From the IMG/VR virus record IMGVR_UViG_3300044825_001572, positions 1 through 64,000 of that record: a stretch of 64,000 nt of DNA, one strand, 5' to 3'. Every line of letters starts with the position of its first letter. The stretch's first letter is position 1. Both the position numbers and the translations under genes were made by a program. Positions 57,220 to 64,000 of the stretch are shown here, piece by piece. The stretch is from a virus. The notes below the pieces were generated by a model. That model saw only the letters and a list, made by a program, of their open reading frames with translations. It was not told where the DNA came from and did not search any database.

Positions 57220-57394
57220 TTAACTGTTGGTTTTTGAGATTTTCTTCTTCAATATGTTGTTCCAATAAACCAAGATAAATTTCTCGCTCCCAAGGAACAA
57301 AATTTTCAATCTCACTAATAGGCCATTTATGGAATTGTTGAACGGCAAAATTAATCCTAAAATAACTTTCAAGATTAATATAACTCATACTCAA
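57212..57394 (-). CDS. gp51: baseplate hub assembly protein gp51
   Basis: LESYFRINFA..QFHKW...EIEN..PWEREIY..LL..HIEEEN. Confidence 0.85.
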   Translation of the reverse strand: MSMSYINLESYFRINFAVQQFHKWPISEIENFVPWEREIYLGLLEQHIEEENLKNQQLNG

Positions 57395-58116
57395 GTAAAA
57401 AAACTTGTTAGCCCTTCAAGTGTAACTTCATTTTCTTTTTTTGTTTTTGGATTAACTACTTTAAAAGTGTAAGATAATACAGGCATAGTTTGGAAAAAGT
57501 TTTCAATCATTTTAAACTGCTTCGTATCCATACTTTCAATAAAATCAAATAGTTCCTTTTTAGTGCAGTCTTTCGCAGCCCAACTATCTTCTTTTGTAAA
57601 GATTACATCCATACAAGAAGCAATAATTTCAAAAGACTTATCTAAATTAGAAAGTGAATTAGTATCACCAAAATCAAAGTTAGTCTTAATAAACTCATCA
57701 AGTGATGGGTATTTCATTCTCAATACTAAATCATTTCCAAGACTTATATCTGGACTATGATTATCATCTTTTTTAACCTTTATATTATCAATAAAAATTG
57801 TTACTGGGACTTGTGTTTCACCATCATCATTACAGGTAACAATTAATTCAATACTTTCTCCTACAGATTTACCCCTAACATTCAAGAAAATATATTCAAT
57901 ATCAAATGTTGGTAGTTCTTCTACTTTAATTCCACGAGTTAAAATACAATTTTTTAGAATTTGTTTAATAGCATTTGTAATCTGAGTATTATCTTTACTT
58001 TCCAAAGCAAGTAATAGAACTTTCTCTTCTTTAACTAGAAATGGTCTGTATTTTATTTTTTTACCATTTGAAGGTAATTCCAACTCAAATTCAGGTTGTA
58101 TGATTTTGGGAAGCAC
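57391..58116 (-). CDS. gp26: baseplate hub subunit gp26
   Basis: LPKI..P.FEL.LPS..K.IKYRPFLVKEEK...FDIEYIFL..RGKSVGE...LEGL.SFF. Confidence 0.9.
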   Translation of the reverse strand: MLPKIIQPEFELELPSNGKKIKYRPFLVKEEKVLLLALESKDNTQITNAIKQILKNCILTRGIKVEELPTFDIEYIFLNVRGKSVGESIELIVTCNDDGETQVPVTIFIDNIKVKKDDNHSPDISLGNDLVLRMKYPSLDEFIKTNFDFGDTNSLSNLDKSFEIIASCMDVIFTKEDSWAAKDCTKKELFDFIESMDTKQFKMIENFFQTMPVLSYTFKVVNPKTKKENEVTLEGLTSFFT

Positions 58117-58140
58117 TTTAATAATCTAATACACTAAAGC

Positions 58141-58148
58141 TATTTATA
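58141..58148 (-). promoter_or_regulatory. late promoter for the gp26 operon
   Basis: TATAAATA upstream of GTG start. Confidence 0.7.
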
Positions 58149-58154
58149 GGCTTA

Positions 58155-58949
58155 TTAACTCCTTAATATAGTACTCCTTGGCGTTGCGGTTTGATTTCTT
58201 TCCATCACATATCTAGAATATGAAAAACTAACCCTAGTTTTTGTTATAACACTACCTTCATAAGTTACCGGAATTGATGTGAGATTTGTGGGGAAAGCAT
58301 CAATCATACGATAGGTTATCGTAGTTTGATTTCTATAACTATCTGCTTTAGGTTGTGCTGGATTTTCGTGAAAGTCTCTTTCAAATTTTGTTATTGATAT
58401 AATTCTTTTATAATCATCAGGATATCTCATTCTAAAAAAGTCTGGTCTATTTTTAGCATCTCCATAACCATTGCCTGTTACTGTAGGCTCTTGTAAACCT
58501 AAACTAGTGTAAATTGGATTTATAAAATTCATCCATTCTTCAAAAAGTCTTATCATCGTATATTGAGCGTCAACATAAAAAGTCATATCAAATGCTGGAT
58601 AAATTCTATTAGCAGCAAATGGTTCAGATATTCCTTGACGACTTCCTTGTTCTTCAAATGTATTAAAACTAGCTCCGGGAAGACTAGCTTCAGCACATAA
58701 AAAATCATATGTTGCAGCTTCTAGTGAAGTTTGTAATAGTCCATCTTTTCTTAACCAAGTTTCTAATTTACTATTTCCACCTGCAGACAAATGTAGAGAG
58801 ACTTTAAATTGACTTGTTACTGATAATGACCCAAGCATATCCAATGCATTGGGTAATAAATTACCATCTCTCCTTGTAGTTGCAGATATTGGAGTATAAA
58901 ATAATCCAATATCTGGTTTCCCTGGCGAATTCCCCTGCTCGGTAGCCAT
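58155..58949 (-). CDS. tail-tube-fold baseplate protein (gp54/gp19-like)
   Basis: LC.EASLPG...R.Y....TFYVD..Y...FE.WM.FI...YP..YK...AFP......V.F.Y.RY. Confidence 0.7.
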   Translation of the reverse strand: MATEQGNSPGKPDIGLFYTPISATTRRDGNLLPNALDMLGSLSVTSQFKVSLHLSAGGNSKLETWLRKDGLLQTSLEAATYDFLCAEASLPGASFNTFEEQGSRQGISEPFAANRIYPAFDMTFYVDAQYTMIRLFEEWMNFINPIYTSLGLQEPTVTGNGYGDAKNRPDFFRMRYPDDYKRIISITKFERDFHENPAQPKADSYRNQTTITYRMIDAFPTNLTSIPVTYEGSVITKTRVSFSYSRYVMERNQTATPRSTILRS

Positions 58950-58950
58950 C

Positions 58951-58980
58951 TATAAATACATATAAGCTTTTATTTATTTA
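58951..58980. promoter_or_regulatory. overlapping late promoters for the divergent operons
   Basis: + strand TATAAATA 58951-58958; - strand ATAAATA within 58971-58980. Confidence 0.65.
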
Positions 58981-58987
58981 TTTGTAA

Positions 58988-59437
58988 ATGTCTGGTCCAT
59001 ATCAACAGGGAAAGTTTAGACCAAAAAATCCAAATAAGTATAATGGAGACCCATCAAATATAGTGTTTAGGAGTTCATATGAACTTAAAATGTTTCAGTA
59101 TTGTGATTTAAAAGAAAATGTAATTTCTTGGGAAAGTGAAGAGAAGTGCATTCCATATCTAGATCCAATTACTGGAAGATATAAAAGATATTTTCCTGAT
59201 GTTCTTATTAAGTATAAAGATGGTGAAGGAAATATCAGGAAAGCATTGATAGAAATTAAACCAAAAAAAGATTTAATTGAACCAGAAAAAAATCCAAAAA
59301 GAAAAACAAAAGCTTGGGTTTATAGAGTTCAAACTTGGGCAAAAAATCAAGCCAAATGGAGTGCCGCTAGAGAATGGTGTAAAGATAGAAATATAGAATT
59401 CCGTATATTTTGTGAAACAGAATTGGGAATAAAATGA
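58988..59437 (+). CDS. gp4: head completion nuclease gp4
   Basis: G.F.P.NP.KY.GD...I.FRSS.E...W.SE...IPY...RYFPD...IEIKP...NQAKW.AA..W. Confidence 0.9.
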   Translation: MSGPYQQGKFRPKNPNKYNGDPSNIVFRSSYELKMFQYCDLKENVISWESEEKCIPYLDPITGRYKRYFPDVLIKYKDGEGNIRKALIEIKPKKDLIEPEKNPKRKTKAWVYRVQTWAKNQAKWSAAREWCKDRNIEFRIFCETELGIK

Positions 59438-59955
59438 CTATTTCACAAGACATTAGAAAAAGAGCTGGTAGAACTGGGTACAAATCCAGTGATTGGTATA
59501 CAAATGCGTTAATGAATGAATTAGCATCATATCAAAAGAAAGATATTAATGAATTAGATACTCGTTTTATTATCCCTGGAGATTTTGTATTTTTTCTATA
59601 CTCTGCAAAATATCCACAAAAATATAAGTTTTGGGACCAACATCCTTTGGTATATGTGATAGAGGTTAGACCAAGAGATGGATTATTTTTAGGTTCCAAC
59701 GTTCATTATTTAAATCCAGCTTATCGTGGAGCAGTTGCTAAATCTTATCTAAATAAACTAGGGGTTGTAAATGCTCCTAGAAAAACATTGAAAAATTATC
59801 TTTTTGGAAATGTAGTAACTGACTTTTATAAAGTTCCAAAAGATGATTGGGAAGGAGTATCCTTATTACCAACTGAAAAATTTGTAGATAAAAGAGGACA
59901 ATCTTTTCCAAAGTATAGAGTATGGGATTATCCAGATTCACTTTCATCTCCATAG
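59434..59955 (+). CDS. gp2: DNA end protector gp2-like
   Basis: PG...FF.Y.AK....FWD.HPL...F.G.N.HYL...R...Y......W...LPTE.F. Confidence 0.72.
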   Translation: MTISQDIRKRAGRTGYKSSDWYTNALMNELASYQKKDINELDTRFIIPGDFVFFLYSAKYPQKYKFWDQHPLVYVIEVRPRDGLFLGSNVHYLNPAYRGAVAKSYLNKLGVVNAPRKTLKNYLFGNVVTDFYKVPKDDWEGVSLLPTEKFVDKRGQSFPKYRVWDYPDSLSSP

Positions 59956-61443
59956 ATGGCTTACATATCAATTAATGATAATTTCTATAGATGCAATACC
60001 TGCGGACCACTAGGTCTACAGTTGGCACTACAATACAATCCATCTACTGGAGATTATAGATTAATTGAAAAAAATATTACTGGATATGGACCTGCAATAT
60101 TTTATCAAAATGGTATATACTATAGTGATTCTATAAGAGATTCAAATTTATTTACAAGTCAAGACCCAAATAGACTAACATCGGCAGGAAAAACTTTAAG
60201 TAATAATATAAGAAATTCAGTATTTAATACTTATTCTAGATTAGGTGGATTAAATAAAGGAAATAGAATTAACGATACTGTAAAACCTGAAAATCAAACA
60301 GCTTCTCCAGCAGTAACTAATGCAACTCCAGGAACAAATCCAGGTCTTGCTGGAGCTATTCCAGGACTATCTAATCCGCCAGGTCAAGGAAATATACTTG
60401 ACCCAGGATTACCACAGTTAAAAAATCCAATAGTATCTACCCCAAATCCAGCATTTGCTAAAACATTAAAATATCCAGAAAATTTAAATATAGATTTACA
60501 AGATACTTTACATATCACACAATTTAAATATGAGCCTCCAAATAAAGATGTGTTTTCTGGGGATGTTACAAAAATTTTGAGAGAAGGAATCTCTAGAGGA
60601 GCTGTAGCAACTAAAAAGAACCTATTGGGTCAAGTAATACTTCCAATACCAAATAATATCCAAGATAGTAATAATGTATCCTGGGGTGAAGACAATATGA
60701 ATGCTTTTACTACTGCAGCTACTGCTCAAATAATACAAAAACCTGTAGAAGCTTTAGGTGGTTTAGCTGCTGGAAAGGGAGCATCTGCATTATTAGACGC
60801 ATTAGGTAAATCTGGTCTAGCATCTTTAGCTGGAAGTGCTCCTCCTGCAGTATTGAGAATGCTTTTATTATCTCAAGGAATGGATAATCCTGCAACAAAA
60901 GCTGCATTGTTTTCATATATTTTAAGTAAATATCAGTTTGAAGTATCTCCAGAAACAATATTATCCAGGGGATTAGGAGTAGTTCCAAATTCAAATTTAC
61001 AATTACTATTCAATAATGTAAAATTGAGAAACTTTACATTTTCTTACATGATGAGTCCAAGGAGTGAAGCTGAAGCAAAAGATGTAAATATGATATTAAG
61101 ATTTTTTAAGCAAGGGATGGCTGCTAAAAAACAAACAAAAACTGCAGGAGGTCCATCATTAGTATTAGGAACTCCAAATGTATTTAAGTTAGAATATAAA
61201 ACAGGTAATACTCCAATCAAAGGATTAAATAAATTTAAAATCTGCGCTCTTGCTGGATTTGGAGTTAATTATGCCCCATCAGGTCAATGGGCGGCATATG
61301 AAGGAGGTCAGCCAACATCTGTAGTAATGACTATGAGCTTTAATGAACTTGAACCTGTTTATGAAACTGATTATACTGATGATATCAGTTCAGGATTTGA
61401 ATATGATTTACCAAAAGTTGGCTCAGAAGACATAGGATACTAA
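59956..61443 (+). CDS. gp48: baseplate tail-tube cap gp48
   Basis: LKYP...VILPIP..I.D.N.VSW...N.QLLF....LR.F.FS..M.PRS..EA...I.RFFK...P.VF...K.CAL....VNY.P...M.F.EL.P. Confidence 0.85.
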   Translation: MAYISINDNFYRCNTCGPLGLQLALQYNPSTGDYRLIEKNITGYGPAIFYQNGIYYSDSIRDSNLFTSQDPNRLTSAGKTLSNNIRNSVFNTYSRLGGLNKGNRINDTVKPENQTASPAVTNATPGTNPGLAGAIPGLSNPPGQGNILDPGLPQLKNPIVSTPNPAFAKTLKYPENLNIDLQDTLHITQFKYEPPNKDVFSGDVTKILREGISRGAVATKKNLLGQVILPIPNNIQDSNNVSWGEDNMNAFTTAATAQIIQKPVEALGGLAAGKGASALLDALGKSGLASLAGSAPPAVLRMLLLSQGMDNPATKAALFSYILSKYQFEVSPETILSRGLGVVPNSNLQLLFNNVKLRNFTFSYMMSPRSEAEAKDVNMILRFFKQGMAAKKQTKTAGGPSLVLGTPNVFKLEYKTGNTPIKGLNKFKICALAGFGVNYAPSGQWAAYEGGQPTSVVMTMSFNELEPVYETDYTDDISSGFEYDLPKVGSEDIGY

Positions 61444-61444
61444 T

Positions 61445-62299
61445 ATGGCTTATTTCAACGAGTTACCAAATTTACAGGTAGTTTCTAGATTTCCAAATCA
61501 ATCTAGTAATCAAGATTATACTACAATTAAAAATCTGTGGAAAAGAGCTAAATTAAGAGAAGATATTGCAAATGCAATCACTGCTTTTAATTATTATCAA
61601 ATTGAAGGTGATGAAAGACCAGATCAAATAGCTCAAAAAATTTATGGAGATCCGGAGTTAGATTGGGTAATTTTAATTACAAATAATATTACAAATGTAA
61701 ATGAAGAATGGCCGTTAGAGGATGAAACTTTTTATAAGTACCTCATTGATAAGTATGGTAGTGAAGAAGCTTTACAAGAAGTTCATCACACAGAAACTAT
61801 TAATGTTAGAGATGAATTTAATAGATTAGTTATTCCCGAAGGACTACAAGTAGACTCAAGTTCTAATATCCCAAGTAGTTTTAATACAACTACCACGGAA
61901 GACAATTATAAGTTAGATGCATTTCCTTCCGCAGATGGACTTACTTCGGTAAAAGTAAATCTAATACAAGCACTTAAAGTAAATCAAATAGTAGAAGGAG
62001 ATGTTTTCTATCTTATTCCAGATATAAAAATAGAGACATCCACACTAAAAGTATATAAGCGAGATAGTGATATAATGAATGTTACAATAAACAATAATTT
62101 AATTGATAATTGGCCTTCTAGTTGGGGAGGTAATCTTCAAGTGTATGCTAGAGATGGTATAAAAAATATAATAATAGATGATATTCTTTCAAGCACAGTC
62201 TCAATAAATATACCAGATAGACTTTATGAAGTTATTGGTGAGTTAGTTGGTAATAATATTGTTCCAGTATTTAAATTTAGATACATCGCACAAGGATAA
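61445..62299 (+). CDS. gp53: baseplate wedge gp53, N-terminal part plus extension
   Basis: YF.ELPN...KNL.KRAKLR.D...RPD.IA...YG...LDWVIL.TNNI.N...EWPL...KYG. Confidence 0.85.
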   Translation: MAYFNELPNLQVVSRFPNQSSNQDYTTIKNLWKRAKLREDIANAITAFNYYQIEGDERPDQIAQKIYGDPELDWVILITNNITNVNEEWPLEDETFYKYLIDKYGSEEALQEVHHTETINVRDEFNRLVIPEGLQVDSSSNIPSSFNTTTTEDNYKLDAFPSADGLTSVKVNLIQALKVNQIVEGDVFYLIPDIKIETSTLKVYKRDSDIMNVTINNNLIDNWPSSWGGNLQVYARDGIKNIIIDDILSSTVSINIPDRLYEVIGELVGNNIVPVFKFRYIAQG

Positions 62300-62301
62300 A
62301 A

Positions 62302-62595
62302 ATGGCCAATCCATTCCCAGAAATGACTGTTGATTTTGAAACTAGAGCTTATGAAGTAAAAACAACAGATATACAAAATCAAAATATAAAAGTTTTTAGT
62401 GGTTCAAAAGATGTAACTAATTATGAATATGAATTGCAAAAAAATAATGATAAAAGGCAAATTTTAGTATTAAAACCTGAATATCTTGGCGCTTTTATCG
62501 TTGATATGAGAAATATTATGAAATATGATAAATCTTCACAAACAATTGATGATAAAACTAAGCGGGTATATAATCCAAAACTTAAAGGAGTATAA
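62302..62595 (+). CDS. gp53 C-terminal part as a separate ORF
   Basis: VTNYEYE...N..KR.I.VLKPEYL..F..D...IM.Y..SSQ is the usual gp53 C-terminus. Confidence 0.75.
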   Translation: MANPFPEMTVDFETRAYEVKTTDIQNQNIKVFSGSKDVTNYEYELQKNNDKRQILVLKPEYLGAFIVDMRNIMKYDKSSQTIDDKTKRVYNPKLKGV

Positions 62596-62626
62596 AAGAA
62601 AGGGAGGTATTTAGCCTCCCTTTTTT
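62594..62626. terminator. bidirectional terminator between convergent operons
   Basis: A-run, AAGGGAGG/CCTCCCTT stem, T-run. Confidence 0.8.
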
Positions 62627-62627
62627 A

Positions 62628-63258
62628 TCACATTTGAGATAGCTTTGCGAAATAATCTAAAGCATCATCTTCGTCCGTTGTATCGTCATCATCTTCAATA
62701 ATAGAAGATTTTTTAGATGATTTTGATGATACCATTTCTTGATAATCATCATCAATTTCTTCTTGTAGTTCTGGATCTACTTTTTTCCTTTCTGTATGAA
62801 CATTACCAAGAACTTTATCTAGACGAGCTTGAAGTTCATCATAAGATTTGAACTTTTCGGGATCAACAAATTCATTTAGATTATGAAGTTTATCATAAAC
62901 TTCTTTCAGGTCATCATCATCTCCACCCAATAGAGCAGATGGATTTGCAAACTCTGAGCTATCATAGTTCCAATAACCATCTTTCTTGAGAACCTTTAGT
63001 TTGAAATCAGCACCTTCCCAAAAGTCAAATGGATTGATAGGAGTATCATCTTGGAATTTTGGTTTTAGAGCAGCTTCAATCTTTTCAAAAATCTTCTTAC
63101 CAAATTTAAAGATGCGAACAGTTCCCTCGTTTTCAGGACTATCTGGATCTTTGATTACATAGACATTAGCGTAATATGAAAGCTTACGTTTACGATCCCT
63201 TACAACATTTTGCTTTTGTTTATCTCCAGTTGCCCAATCTTTGCTATTGTTGTCGCAA
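62628..63258 (-). CDS. gp32: single-stranded DNA-binding protein gp32, 3' exon
   Basis: Frame open from 63257: CDNN...RKRKLSYYANVYVIKDP..PENEG.V..FKFGKKIF...NPFDFWEGADFKLK...YWNYDSSEF...DDALDYFAKL. Confidence 0.93.
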
Positions 63259-64000
63259 CATTTATATTCATATAAGTTCGCTAAGCTTATATCGGGTCTT
63301 ACCCTGCTTATAATTTCTTATAAGATTAGACTATATCACACACCTAATAAATTTTAGGTGTCTCCGCATTTCGGGATGCTTATCCCTACTCCCGGTCAAG
63401 GGATAGTCGTTGAACCTTCCTCAAGTATACTTGAGGCTTGGCTGCTGATTGCCTTGTGTAATATGTTTAAATACTTTTGTTTATCTTTGAGAGTTCTATC
63501 TTTATTAATATCTTTGGAATGAATAACAAGAAAAATATGATTATATCCAGAAAGTATAGTATATTTATTTTTGATAATATTTTCTTGATATCTAATGTTA
63601 AAAGTATATTCACTTTTAACCTCAATAATCAAATTATCAATCATTATATCTGGATAATATTTTCTATTATTTGGTAAAGTTATTCTTGGAACATCTTTAC
63701 CAATTTTAATTGAAGATATATCTACAATTTCAGCTAAAAGATTTAAAGCTATGTCTTCATAACCTTGAACTTTAAATTCTCTCCCAGATATAATAATGCT
63801 TTTGTTAGCATTTTTATATGGAGCATCAATATAAGAACCATTTTTTATTCTTGTTGCAACTGATTTAGAAACTAAATCTTTTACATCTTGTTGGGTTCTA
63901 CGTTCCCATTGTCTTTTAGCTTTTTGAGAAAAATAATCATCTCCATAATTTCTTTTAAGAGATGATACTCTTTTTCTAGCTATATCCAAAATTTCTTTAT
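63259..64000 (-). ncRNA. group I intron (IA2-like) in gp32; 5' part outside window
   Basis: Q AATCAGCAGCC 63450-63440; R GGTTCAACGACTA 63416-63404; S GATATAGTCT 63337-63328; P7 GACTA/TAGTC; P7.1, P7.2, P8, GAAA-capped P9; terminal G 63259. Confidence 0.88.
63396..64000 (-). CDS. intron-encoded PD-(D/E)xK endonuclease, 5' truncated by window
   Basis: QGYE...YYPDIMIDNLIIEVKS; frame open to window edge; 3' end overlaps intron core. Confidence 0.78.
   Translation of the reverse strand, partial: KEILDIARKRVSSLKRNYGDDYFSQKAKRQWERRTQQDVKDLVSKSVATRIKNGSYIDAPYKNANKSIIISGREFKVQGYEDIALNLLAEIVDISSIKIGKDVPRITLPNNRKYYPDIMIDNLIIEVKSEYTFNIRYQENIIKNKYTILSGYNHIFLVIHSKDINKDRTLKDKQKYLNILHKAISSQASSILEEGSTTIP

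Noticed and set aside
62628-62930. 100-aa acidic ORF as a stand-alone gene
   Set aside because: It is the C-terminus of gp32; the frame is open up to the intron boundary.
701-63677. Many short + strand ORFs and nested - strand ORFs in the track (e.g. 1853..2287, 5027..5545, 31839..32201, 49395..49811)
   Set aside because: They are antisense or off-frame shadows of well-supported genes with no recognisable motifs.
63259-64000. Intein or gp32 pseudogene instead of an intron
   Set aside because: The gp32 frame has a stop upstream, the nuclease ORF has its own stop, and RNA core elements of a group I intron are present.
1-64000. Alternative genetic code or stop-codon recoding
   Set aside because: Long conserved genes translate intact with the standard code and all three stops are used.

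Overview
AT-rich segment of a T4-like cyanomyovirus genome. Cyanobacterial host is inferred from a cp12 gene and cyanophage-type structural genes. 1-10.6 kb: about 45 small minus-strand hypothetical genes under repeated sigma70-like promoter/stem-loop cassettes, including a DUF433 gene, a locally amplified ~60-70 aa family, and a free-standing GIY-YIG/NUMOD3 endonuclease. That endonuclease is preceded by a candidate ~55-nt late sRNA complementary to its own leader. 10.6-10.9 kb: non-coding control region. 11-48 kb: very large tail-fibre/adhesin locus with two giant paralogous virion proteins, three mosaic fibres and a mini-protein sharing one peptide motif, six paralogous two-cassette adhesin-like genes, and two small partner genes. 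48-62.6 kb: baseplate/tail genes (gp5, hub, M23 and tail-lysozyme proteins, gp51, gp26, gp54-like, then gp4, gp2, gp48 and a split gp53 on the + strand), with cp12 embedded. 62.6-64 kb: 3' part of gp32, interrupted in its Zn-binding CxxC by a group I intron carrying a PD-(D/E)xK endonuclease. Best candidates for undescribed systems are the sRNA-endonuclease cassette, the modular adhesin array with its shared motif, and the gp32 intron. All family assignments come from recognising motifs by eye; no database searches were run.
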